NCBI RefSeq assembly: GCF_048006345.1
Contig: NZ_CP180351.1
Coordinates: forward strand, 3,577,075-3,641,074
Origin: Marivita sp.
GTDB taxonomy: Bacteria; Pseudomonadota; Alphaproteobacteria; Rhodobacterales; Rhodobacteraceae
Length of the DNA: 64,000 nt
Reading direction: 5' to 3'
The translations under genes and the position numbers were made by a program. This document shows, one piece after another, positions 19,934-29,033 of this stretch (within the stretch, counting starts at the first letter, position 1; each line of letters starts with the position of its first letter). Below the pieces are notes generated by a model. The model searched no databases and was not told where the DNA came from. It saw only the letters and a program-made list of their open reading frames with translations.

Positions 19934-21576
19934 GCGCTCTTGTTGAAATCCGGGATATCTGGATCGAAGGACGGAGCGACGAGGTTTGGTCGCCGATCAT
20001 CAATGGCGCTAGTCTGTCTTTGAACAAGGGTGAGGTTCTGGGCCTGATCGGTGAATCAGGTGCCGGGAAATCGACCCTAGGTCTGGCCGCGATGGGGTTC
20101 ACGCGCGACGGCGTGCGGATCTCCAAAGGGTCGGTCATGTTCGACGGTATCGACCTGATTTCCGCGTCTGCGGCCAAAAAGCGGGAACTGCTGGGAAAGC
20201 GCATCGCCTATGTTGCGCAATCCGCTGCCGCCAGTTTCAACCCAGCGCACAAATTGATCGACCAGCACACCGAAGGCCCGGTGCAGCATGGGGTCATGTC
20301 CCGCGCCGAAAGCGTGAAGGACGGGATCGAGCTTTATCGCCGCTTGCGCCTGCCAAACCCGGATCAGATCGGGTTCCGCTATCCGCACCAGGTGTCCGGT
20401 GGTCAGCTTCAGCGGGCGATGACGGCGATGGCGATGTCCTGCCGTCCTGACCTGATTATCTTTGACGAACCGACGACCGCCTTGGACGTGACGACGCAGA
20501 TCGAAGTGCTGGCGTCGATCCGCGATATCGTCGAGCAGTTCGACACAGCGGCGATCTATATCACGCATGACCTTGCCGTGGTCGCGCAGATGGCGGATCG
20601 GATCAAGGTTCTGCTCAAGGGGGACGAGGTCGAAGAGTCCGACACCCGCACGATGTTGGCCCAGCCGAAGGAAGACTACACGAAAAGCCTTTGGGCTGTC
20701 CGCGCGTTCGAGCGTCCGCAAAAACCAGCGGTTCACACCAGTGCCACGCCTGTGGTGTCTGTTCAGAACGTGTCCGCCGCCTATGGCAAGGTTCCGGTGC
20801 TGCACAATGTCAGCTTCGACATTCACGAAGGTCGCACTGTTGCGGTCGTGGGTGAATCGGGGTCGGGAAAATCGACCACCGCGCGCTGCATCACGGGCCT
20901 TCTGCCGCCGACGAAAGGTGTGATCGAATTCGACGGCAAAGCGCTTCCCGCGAATTACAAAAGCCGCAACAAGGATCAGTTGCGGCAGGCGCAGATGATC
21001 TACCAGATGGCGGATACGGCGCTGAACCCCCGCACCACGATTGGCGACATCATCGGCCGGCCTGTTCAGTTCTACATGGGACTTACTGGTAAGCAAAAAC
21101 GTCGCCGTGTCGAAGAGTTGCTCGACGAGATCGAACTGCCCGCAGCTCAGTATATCGACCGTTTGCCATCCGAGCTGTCTGGCGGTCAGAAACAGCGCAT
21201 AGGGATCGCCCGCGCGCTTGCCGCAGAGCCGAAGTTCATCATCTGCGACGAGGTGACAAGTGCCTTGGACCAGCTTGTGGCCGAGGGTATCCTCAAACTG
21301 CTGGCGCGGCTGCAGGATGATCTCAAGCTTAGTTACATGTTCATCACCCATGATCTTGCGACGGTCAAAGCCATCGCCGACGAAGTGGTGGTGATGAAAG
21401 ACGGAGAGGTGGTCGAGCAGGGGCCGAAACAGGAAATGTTCGTGCCGCCGCATCACCCGTATACTGACCTATTGCTCAGTTCGGTGCCAGAAATGGACCC
21501 GGATTGGCTTACTAATCTACTCAACGAACGTGGAGTTGATAACATTGGCGACGCAGCCGTTGATAAGATGTCATGA
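19930..21576 (+). CDS. ABC transporter ATP-binding protein, duplicated ATPase (DppD/DppF fusion type)
   Basis: Two Walker A (GESGAGKST, GESGSGKST) and two signature motifs (VSGGQLQR, LSGGQKQR); ATG 19930 overlaps upstream stop. Confidence 0.88.
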   Translation: MSALVEIRDIWIEGRSDEVWSPIINGASLSLNKGEVLGLIGESGAGKSTLGLAAMGFTRDGVRISKGSVMFDGIDLISASAAKKRELLGKRIAYVAQSAAASFNPAHKLIDQHTEGPVQHGVMSRAESVKDGIELYRRLRLPNPDQIGFRYPHQVSGGQLQRAMTAMAMSCRPDLIIFDEPTTALDVTTQIEVLASIRDIVEQFDTAAIYITHDLAVVAQMADRIKVLLKGDEVEESDTRTMLAQPKEDYTKSLWAVRAFERPQKPAVHTSATPVVSVQNVSAAYGKVPVLHNVSFDIHEGRTVAVVGESGSGKSTTARCITGLLPPTKGVIEFDGKALPANYKSRNKDQLRQAQMIYQMADTALNPRTTIGDIIGRPVQFYMGLTGKQKRRRVEELLDEIELPAAQYIDRLPSELSGGQKQRIGIARALAAEPKFIICDEVTSALDQLVAEGILKLLARLQDDLKLSYMFITHDLATVKAIADEVVVMKDGEVVEQGPKQEMFVPPHHPYTDLLLSSVPEMDPDWLTNLLNERGVDNIGDAAVDKMS

Positions 21577-21635
21577 GAATCGGTCCATGAAGGACCATCA
21601 GGCGGCCTGAGACCGCTCATAATCACAGGGAGACG

Positions 21636-23183
21636 ATGATGACTCGCATTTCAAGACGTGGACTACTTCGAACCGGTGCTGCCGCCGGTGTTCTGGCGGC
21701 CAGCGGCCTGCCGCTGTTTGCCCAGGCAAAACGTGGCGGTCGCCTGCGGGCAGGTCTGAATGGTGCAAACACCTCGGACAGCTGGGATGGCCGGACGCAT
21801 TCCGACCTTTACATGATCGCCTCCGCTCAGGGCGCTGTGTTCGACAGCCTCACCGAAGTGGCGGCAGATGGTTCGCTGATCGGCGAACTGGCCACCGATT
21901 GGGAAGCAACCCCGGACGCCAAGACCTGGACATTCAACCTTCGTCAGGGTGTGACCTTCCACAATGGCAAGCCGTTTGGCGCGGACGACGTGATCGAGTC
22001 GCTGCAACTGCACGTGGCGGAAGGTGCGAAATCCGCGGCGCAGCCCATCGTTGCGGCGATCAGCGAGATGAAGAAAACCGGCGAACACCAGGTTCAGTTC
22101 ACGCTGGAGGCGGGCAACGCAGACTTCCCGTACCTGATGTCCGACTATCACCTGCTGATGTACCCGGCCGGTCAGATCGAAGAAGCGATTGCCAAGGGCA
22201 TCGGTACAGGTCTTTACGCCGTGACCTCGTTCGAGCCGGGCGTGCGTATGACGGCCAAGCGGGTCGACAGCCACTACAAGGGCGACAGCGCCGGTTTCTT
22301 TGATGAGATCGAGTACATCGCCATCAACGACTCCACGGCGCGGATGAACGCGCTCATGACGGGTCAGGTGGATGTGATCAACCGGATCGACTTCAAGACC
22401 GAGGCGCTGCTCAAGGCCAACCCGATGATCCGCATTCAGGAAGTGACGGGTAACCAGCACTACACCTTCCCGATGCTGACCAAGGTCGATCCGTTCACCG
22501 ACGTGAACGTCCGTCGCGCTCTCAAGTACGGCATCAACCGTCAGGAACTGGTGGACAAGATCCTGCTGGGCCACGGTATGGCTGGCAATGACACACCGAT
22601 CGGCCCTGCCAACCAGTACTTCCATTCCGAAATGGAGCCTCTGGCCTATGATTTGGACAAAGCCAAGTTCTACCTCAAGGAAGCAGGCCTGACCGAGCTC
22701 AACATCGACCTCAACGTGTCCGATGCGGCGTTCAACGGCGCTGTCGATGCGGCGCAGCTTTATCAGGCTTCGGCCAAGGGTGCTGGCATCAACATCAACG
22801 TGGTGCAGGAACCGGCGGATGGCTACTGGTCGAACGTCTGGCTGAAAAAGCCGTTCTGTGCGTCGTACTTCTCGGGCCGTGCCACGGAAGACTGGATGTT
22901 CGCAACAGCCTACGAAGCCGGTGTGCCGTGGAACGACAGCCAGTGGGATCAGCCGCGCTTCCAGGAGCTTTTGCTTTCGGCGCGCGCGGAACTGGACAGC
23001 AACAAGCGTCGCGAAATGTATTTCGAGATGCAGCAGATCCTGCGCGACGATGGCGGTGTCATCATCCCGATGTTTGCCAACTATGTGCAGGCCGTGTCCA
23101 ACAAGGTCGCGACGGCGGACACTGTCGGCAACCTCTGGCAGATGGACAATGCCCGCATGGCAGAGCGGTGGTGGATGGTCTAA
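21636..23183 (+). CDS. ABC transporter substrate-binding protein, family 5 (peptide/nickel type), Tat signal
   Basis: SRRGLLRTGAAAGVLAASGLPLFAQA signal; family-5 SBP length and pattern. Confidence 0.85.
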   Translation: MMTRISRRGLLRTGAAAGVLAASGLPLFAQAKRGGRLRAGLNGANTSDSWDGRTHSDLYMIASAQGAVFDSLTEVAADGSLIGELATDWEATPDAKTWTFNLRQGVTFHNGKPFGADDVIESLQLHVAEGAKSAAQPIVAAISEMKKTGEHQVQFTLEAGNADFPYLMSDYHLLMYPAGQIEEAIAKGIGTGLYAVTSFEPGVRMTAKRVDSHYKGDSAGFFDEIEYIAINDSTARMNALMTGQVDVINRIDFKTEALLKANPMIRIQEVTGNQHYTFPMLTKVDPFTDVNVRRALKYGINRQELVDKILLGHGMAGNDTPIGPANQYFHSEMEPLAYDLDKAKFYLKEAGLTELNIDLNVSDAAFNGAVDAAQLYQASAKGAGININVVQEPADGYWSNVWLKKPFCASYFSGRATEDWMFATAYEAGVPWNDSQWDQPRFQELLLSARAELDSNKRREMYFEMQQILRDDGGVIIPMFANYVQAVSNKVATADTVGNLWQMDNARMAERWWMV

Positions 23184-23203
23184 GCCTCCTGCCGGAAACA
23201 CAG

Positions 23204-23233
23204 AAGCCCCGCCGTTTCGGCGGGGCTTTTTCG
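23204..23233. terminator. Bidirectional rho-independent terminator between convergent SBP gene and hslU
   Basis: AAGCCCCGCC-GTTTC-GGCGGGGCTT followed by TTTT. Confidence 0.75.
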
Positions 23234-23250
23234 TTGGTCACAGTCGTCGA

Positions 23251-24561
23251 CTACAGAACGTAGCGGCTCAGGTCAGCAGACCGGGTGAGTTCGCCCAAAT
23301 GCTTTTCAACAAAGGCTGCATCGACCGTGACCTGATCGCCGGACCGGTCCGGTGCCTCAAAGCTGAGATCCTCAAACACGCGCTCCATGACGGTGTAAAG
23401 CCGTCGTGCCCCGATGTTTTCGACTGACTGGTTCACATCCGCTGCGATCTTGGCCAAAGCGGCGATCCCGTCTTCGGTGAAGGTCACTGTCACTTCCTCG
23501 GTGGCCATAAGCGCCGTGTATTGCAGGGTCAGCGCGTTGTCCGTTTCCGTCAGGATACGCACGAAGTCCTCTTCAGTCAGCGCGCGCAGGTTGACGCGGA
23601 TTGGCAGACGCCCCTGCAGTTCGGGCAGCAGGTCCGATGGTTTTGCGATATGGAATGCGCCGGAGGCGATGAAAAGGATATGGTCGGTTTTGACCGGACC
23701 GTATTTCGTGCTGACCGTTGTGCCTTCGATCAGAGGCAGCAGGTCGCGCTGTACGCCTTCGCGGCTGACATCGCCGCCACGGGTTTCCTGCCGCGCAGCC
23801 ACCTTGTCAATCTCGTCAAGGAACACGATGCCGTTCTGTTCAACCGCCTCAAGCGCCAAGGCCTTGACCTGTTCGTCGTCCAGCAGTTTGTCGGCTTCTT
23901 CCGCGATCAACGTTTCATAGCTCTCGGCGACTGTCATCCGTTTGCGGGTGGTCCGCCCGGCAAAGGCTTTGCCGAACAAATCGCCGAGGTTCATCATGCC
24001 ACCGCCACCCATGTTGGGTTGACCGGGGATATCCATCATCGGGAACGGGCTTGAGGTGTCCTGAAGCTCAAGTTCGATCACCGTGTCATCCAGAAGTCCA
24101 TCCTTGAGCTTTTTGCGGAACATCTCGCGCGTGCCTTCCCGCGCGCCTTCTCCTGCGATCGCTTCGATCACGCGCTGCTCCGCGGCTTCGTGCGCCTTGG
24201 CCTTGACGTCTTCGCGCATGTGGTCGCGGGTCATGGCGATGGCCGCATCGACCAGATCACGGATGATCTGCTCCACGTCGCGCCCGACATAGCCCACCTC
24301 GGTGAACTTCGTCGCTTCAACTTTGATGAACGGCGCTTTGGCCAGCTTGGCCAGACGGCGGCTGATCTCGGTCTTGCCGACGCCGGTTGGTCCGATCATC
24401 AGGATGTTCTTCGGATACACCTCTTCACGCAGATCATCGCTCAATTGCTTGCGCCTCCAGCGGTTGCGCAACGCAACAGCCACAGCGCGCTTGGCATCCT
24501 TCTGGCCAATGATGAAGCGGTCCAGTTCGGACACGATTTCGCGGGGGGTGAGATCGGTCAT
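23251..24561 (-). CDS. hslU: ATP-dependent protease ATPase subunit HslU
   Basis: [17 protein letters not shown]-terminus, Walker [10 protein letters not shown], length 436 aa, adjacent hslV. Confidence 0.95.
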   Translation of the reverse strand: MTDLTPREIVSELDRFIIGQKDAKRAVAVALRNRWRRKQLSDDLREEVYPKNILMIGPTGVGKTEISRRLAKLAKAPFIKVEATKFTEVGYVGRDVEQIIRDLVDAAIAMTRDHMREDVKAKAHEAAEQRVIEAIAGEGAREGTREMFRKKLKDGLLDDTVIELELQDTSSPFPMMDIPGQPNMGGGGMMNLGDLFGKAFAGRTTRKRMTVAESYETLIAEEADKLLDDEQVKALALEAVEQNGIVFLDEIDKVAARQETRGGDVSREGVQRDLLPLIEGTTVSTKYGPVKTDHILFIASGAFHIAKPSDLLPELQGRLPIRVNLRALTEEDFVRILTETDNALTLQYTALMATEEVTVTFTEDGIAALAKIAADVNQSVENIGARRLYTVMERVFEDLSFEAPDRSGDQVTVDAAFVEKHLGELTRSADLSRYVL

Positions 24562-24599
24562 GTTTTTGTTCCTTTCGGCGACAGGAGACAGATTTGAAT

Positions 24600-25157
24600 T
24601 CAGGCCTGAATCGTCTCAACCGTCAGGTTGCCGTTGGTGTAGACGCAAATATCGGCCGCAATCGCCATCGCCGCGCGGGCGATTTCTTCTGCGTCCTTGT
24701 CGGTGTCCATGAGCGCACGACCTGCCGCCAAGGCGTAGTTCCCGCCAGACCCAATTGCGGTCACGTCATGTTCGGGCTCAAGCACGTCGCCTGCGCCAGT
24801 GATGACATACAGGTCCTTGCCGTCCGACACGATCAGCATCGCCTCAAGTTTTTGCAGGTACTTGTCCGTGCGCCAGTCCTTGGCGAGTTCGACACTGGCG
24901 CGTTGCAATTGGCCCGGCGTCGCCTCCAATTTGGTCTCAAGGCGTTCCAGCAGGGTAAACGCATCGGCAGTCGATCCGGCAAAACCGGCAACAACGTCAT
25001 ATCCACCCGGTGAAATGCGGCGCACCTTGCGGGCGGTTCCCTTGATCACGGTCTGACCAAGACTGACCTGTCCATCACCTGCGATCACCACCTTGCCGCC
25101 TTTGCGGACGCCGATGATCGTGGTGCCGTGCCAGCCGGGAAAGTCGTTATCAGCCAT
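24600..25157 (-). CDS. hslV: ATP-dependent protease peptidase subunit HslV
   Basis: [12 protein letters not shown] with catalytic Thr, 185 aa. Confidence 0.95.
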   Translation of the reverse strand: MADNDFPGWHGTTIIGVRKGGKVVIAGDGQVSLGQTVIKGTARKVRRISPGGYDVVAGFAGSTADAFTLLERLETKLEATPGQLQRASVELAKDWRTDKYLQKLEAMLIVSDGKDLYVITGAGDVLEPEHDVTAIGSGGNYALAAGRALMDTDKDAEEIARAAMAIAADICVYTNGNLTVETIQA

Positions 25158-25271
25158 GTTTCGTCCTTTTCGCTTTGTCCCGATATGGGCTGAACAGCCA
25201 TGTCACACAAGCCCCGCAACGCAAAACGCCCGGCGCAGAGGGCCGGGCGTTTGCACGAATACGTCGAAAGA

Positions 25272-25592
25272 TCAGATACTTTCGTCGATCCAGCCTTTGA
25301 GCGCGGCTTTCGGAGCGGCGCCGGTTTTGTTCGACACAACCTGACCGTCTTTGAAGATGAACAGCGACGGAATACCCCGCACACCCATTGCGGCAGCGGA
25401 GTTCGGGTTGCTGTCGACATCAACCTTTGCGATCTTCACGCTGTCGCCATATTCGGCGGCCAGCTCTTCAAGCGCTGGGCCGATCTGCTTGCAGGGGCCA
25501 CACCATTCGGCCCAGAAGTCTACGACAACGGGAACACTGGAGTTCTTGACTTCGGCATCGAAGGTTTCATCGGTCACGGCGACGGTGGGCAT
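25272..25592 (-). CDS. trxA: Thioredoxin
   Basis: 106 aa, WAEWCGPCK active site; hairpin terminator about 25223-25253 downstream. Confidence 0.95.
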   Translation of the reverse strand: MPTVAVTDETFDAEVKNSSVPVVVDFWAEWCGPCKQIGPALEELAAEYGDSVKIAKVDVDSNPNSAAAMGVRGIPSLFIFKDGQVVSNKTGAAPKAALKGWIDESI

Positions 25593-25640
25593 TTGGGCTC
25601 TCCTTGAGGCTCGGGCGCATGGGTCAGTCGGAACGAGAGA

Positions 25641-28600
25641 CTAGGTAGCCTCAGATGGGTCGTCAAGGTGGCGCGCTCTCACGAGTGCTTGTGTCACACG
25701 GTTTTCCGACAACGGCATATAGGTGGCGGTCCGTGTCCAGAGGATACCGGTCTCGATCTCATTGTCCGGATAAATCTGGCGCAGCATAGCGTGATAGGCG
25801 CCCATCTGGCGCAACAAACCCTCGGGGGTCTGATCCTCGGTTTCGGGTACGGTGCGGTTCGTTTTGAAATCCACGGCTATGATCTTGTTGTCCGTCACCA
25901 CAAGGCGGTCGATGACTCCATGAAGCGGCGAGTCTGGAAATACATCGACCGTCGCGGTTACGGCGACTTCGGCCAAGGCGGTCTTTGTAAAGAAAGGTGA
26001 CAGTTCCGGGGCGTCGAGAACCGCCAGCGCCTCTGCGATCAATTCATCAGCCAACGGGTGGTAGCCAACAAGACGGAGCGCTGCGGTTTGACGTTCTTCG
26101 GTCTCCACCACAGGCAAGATTTCGAGTAGGAGATGGACCAGAGTTCCCCGCTCTTTCGCGATGTCCGTCAGGTCGCCATCCGCTCCCGGCAGCGCTTTGG
26201 CACCTCCCAGATTGGACGGGCTGAGAACACCTGTAGGCTTTACGGGATCCGGTGCGCGGGTTTCGAAAAGTTCGGGAAGGGTAATGTCTTCGTCCACTTC
26301 CAGCGCGGGATTGTCAGACACCGGCTGTGGCCAATCCATATGCTCAAGACGGAGACCGTCGCTTGGGCTGTCATCGGCAAAGCCAAAACGATGCGGGTAT
26401 GCGCCCACAGCCTCCAACGTTGCCTTTACGCGGTCATGCCAGCTTTCAGCGTTCCTGTCCGCGGTCCCGGCGGCAGCCACGACAAGCCAGCGTTCCGCCC
26501 GTGTCAGGGCCACGTAAAGCAGCCTGTCCTTCTCTTCTTCCTCGGCCTGTCGCGCCTCTTCCAACGCGGCACGTTGGAACGCCGCCCGTGTTTTGTCAGA
26601 GCCGCGCCAATGGGCGGATCCGGATGCGCGGACAAATGCTTCCTTTCCGGACTGGGAGGCCTTTTTGTGCGTGTCTGGCAAGATCACAATCGGCGCTTCC
26701 AGCCCCTTGGCCCCGTGGATCGTCATGATCCGAATGCGCGCGCCCGCGCTGTCGACGGTGCGCTTGATCTCGATGTCGTCGGTTTCCATCCAATGCAGGA
26801 AGCCAGTGAGGCTTGGAATATCGGTCTGCTCATAAGCCAATGCCTGATTGAGTAGTGCATCAATCCCGTCTTCCGCTTCTTCCCCCAAGCGCCCGATGAG
26901 TTTCTGCCTCCCCTTGTGCCGGATCAGAACGCGCTCCAGCAGATCATAGGGCCGCAGGAAATCCACCTGCCCGCGCAGATCGTCCAAGATTTCCATGACC
27001 AATGGAAAATCGTCTCTACGTCGGCGCAACTCTTCCCAAAGATGGGGCGACGTGCGCCGGTGGGCGAGATCGAAAATCGCCTGTTCGTCGAGGCCAAACA
27101 GCGGGGACCGCAGAGCAGAGGCCAAAGACAAGCTGTCTTCGGGTGTGGCGAGGAAGGAGAGAAGCGCGCGCAGGTCCTTGACCGCGAGTTCGGCCATCAC
27201 CTTGAGCTTGTCCGCGCCGGCGATTGGCAGGCTGAGCGCCTTGCAGGCTTTTAGGATTTCGTGGAACAGCGCACCTCGGCTGCGCACAAGAATCAGGAAA
27301 TCCCCGGCATGAACAGCCCGCGCCTCTACCTCACCGTTCTTTGCCCCGACGGGAATCGCGGTCCTGTTTTCGAGCGTCTGGTGTATGAACCGCGCGACCC
27401 GCTTGGCGAGGATCACGTTGTGATGCGTGGGGCTGACCCGATCAACGGGTGTGTCCCATGGCAGGTCGTCCTCGGTGTTTTCGGCGGGTTCGATCAGGGG
27501 CCACAGATCGACGCGGCCGGGAACTTGGTCGTGGAACGATATGTGGGTCTGATCTGGCAGAAAACCGGCCTTGTTCCGTCCTTGGAACAGTTGATCCACC
27601 AAACGCAGAATCGGCACAGACGACCGGAACGAATAGCTGAGTTGCCCATCCTTAAGCGGCGCATCGGTTGCCCGCATCTGTTCGCGAAACGCGCTGCGCA
27701 TCGTGTCGAATTCGCGGGGATCGGCGCCTTGGAAGGAATAGATCGACTGTTTCTTGTCACCAACGACAAAGATCGTACGCCGGACATCGTCGCGGGCGCC
27801 CTCGCCTGAGGTGAATTCCTGCGCCAGTTTGTTGATCACATCCCATTGCGCCGGGCTGGTGTCCTGCGCTTCATCCACAAGGATATGGTCAATCCCTCCA
27901 TCAAGGCGATAGAGCACCCACTGCGCCTGCTGCCGATCGGTCAGCAAGGTGCGTGTGCGCGTGATCAGGTCGTCGAAATCAAGCCACCCGCGTGCCTGTT
28001 TGGTCTCTTCGTAACGGCGCAGAAAGGCCTCGGCAAAGCGGTGCAGCGTGGCATCCCGATCCACCGCTTCCAGCGCCAGACGCGTCTCGCGCGCGGCTTC
28101 GACCCGTTGGTAGAGGTCTTCGAGGCGATTGACGCTGGCGGCCAATGCGCCTTTGCGCAATTTGGCGGAAGGCGGCAACGATTTGCGCAGCTCGCCTTTC
28201 TGGGTGAACACGACGGCTTCCATCGCCAACAGCGCATCAACGCCGCCTGCCTGAACAGTGCCGATGGCATCCGCCAGTCCGTTGTCCATGCCGACGCCCG
28301 TGCGAAGGTCAGGCACTAAATCGGCCAAAAACGCGGTTTCGTCGCGGGGAAACACCTGAGCGAGACACATGGACAGCGAGTCGCTTTCGGACAGACCGTA
28401 GCGGTGCATCAGGTCAGCGCGGGTCAATGCAGGGGTAAACCCGTCGCGCTGGCCCACGATGGATTCCGCCAACAGCTGCAACGGCTCGTTTGACGCGATG
28501 CGGGCAATGTCGGCGATTAGGTGCGCGTCTCGACCGCTGGACATCTCGTCGAGGATGGTTTCTCGCAGCAATTGCGCCGCACGGTCGTCGATTTCCTGAA

Positions 28601-29033
28601 ACTGCGGGCTGACGCCAGCCTCCAAAGGAAAGCGCCGCAAGATGGATGCGCAGAACGCGTGGATCGTCTGAATGCGCAGGCCGCCCGGCGTTTCGATGGC
28701 GCGGGCAAAGAGCGTCCGCGCGCGGGACAGGAAATCGGGTGTCAGGCGTTCGCGGTCTTCGCCCAGTTCCTCAAGCTGTGCACGCAAGGATGCGTTGTCC
28801 AACATCGCCCATTCGCCCAACCGCTTGAACAGACGGTTCTGCATCTCGCTTGCCGCAGCATTGGTGAATGTCAGGCACAGGATATGTTCGGGGCGCGTGT
28901 CCCCCAGCAGCAGCCGCGCAACGCGGTCGGTGAGAACGCGCGTCTTGCCGGACCCCGCATTGGCGCTGAGCCATGTTGAGGCCGTGGGGTCGGCGGCACG
29001 GACCTGTGCCTCGGTCGCCTCGTTGCGGATCAT
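25641..29033 (-). CDS. addA: Double-strand break repair helicase-nuclease AddA (UvrD-type helicase plus RecB-type nuclease)
   Basis: Walker A ANAGSGKTRVL, UvrD helicase blocks, C-terminal nuclease (GVIDRLVV ... AVDFKTN); ATG 29033 overlaps addB stop (ATGA). Confidence 0.88.
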   Translation of the reverse strand: MIRNEATEAQVRAADPTASTWLSANAGSGKTRVLTDRVARLLLGDTRPEHILCLTFTNAAASEMQNRLFKRLGEWAMLDNASLRAQLEELGEDRERLTPDFLSRARTLFARAIETPGGLRIQTIHAFCASILRRFPLEAGVSPQFQEIDDRAAQLLRETILDEMSSGRDAHLIADIARIASNEPLQLLAESIVGQRDGFTPALTRADLMHRYGLSESDSLSMCLAQVFPRDETAFLADLVPDLRTGVGMDNGLADAIGTVQAGGVDALLAMEAVVFTQKGELRKSLPPSAKLRKGALAASVNRLEDLYQRVEAARETRLALEAVDRDATLHRFAEAFLRRYEETKQARGWLDFDDLITRTRTLLTDRQQAQWVLYRLDGGIDHILVDEAQDTSPAQWDVINKLAQEFTSGEGARDDVRRTIFVVGDKKQSIYSFQGADPREFDTMRSAFREQMRATDAPLKDGQLSYSFRSSVPILRLVDQLFQGRNKAGFLPDQTHISFHDQVPGRVDLWPLIEPAENTEDDLPWDTPVDRVSPTHHNVILAKRVARFIHQTLENRTAIPVGAKNGEVEARAVHAGDFLILVRSRGALFHEILKACKALSLPIAGADKLKVMAELAVKDLRALLSFLATPEDSLSLASALRSPLFGLDEQAIFDLAHRRTSPHLWEELRRRRDDFPLVMEILDDLRGQVDFLRPYDLLERVLIRHKGRQKLIGRLGEEAEDGIDALLNQALAYEQTDIPSLTGFLHWMETDDIEIKRTVDSAGARIRIMTIHGAKGLEAPIVILPDTHKKASQSGKEAFVRASGSAHWRGSDKTRAAFQRAALEEARQAEEEEKDRLLYVALTRAERWLVVAAAGTADRNAESWHDRVKATLEAVGAYPHRFGFADDSPSDGLRLEHMDWPQPVSDNPALEVDEDITLPELFETRAPDPVKPTGVLSPSNLGGAKALPGADGDLTDIAKERGTLVHLLLEILPVVETEERQTAALRLVGYHPLADELIAEALAVLDAPELSPFFTKTALAEVAVTATVDVFPDSPLHGVIDRLVVTDNKIIAVDFKTNRTVPETEDQTPEGLLRQMGAYHAMLRQIYPDNEIETGILWTRTATYMPLSENRVTQALVRARHLDDPSEAT

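Noticed and set aside
20077-23201. Two very long minus-strand ORFs (459 aa at 20077-21456 and 512 aa at 21663-23201) antisense to the ABC ATPase and substrate-binding protein genes
   Set aside because: Arg/His/Gly/Val-rich translations with no recognisable motif, exactly mirroring well-supported plus-strand genes. These are typical shadow ORFs of high-GC DNA.
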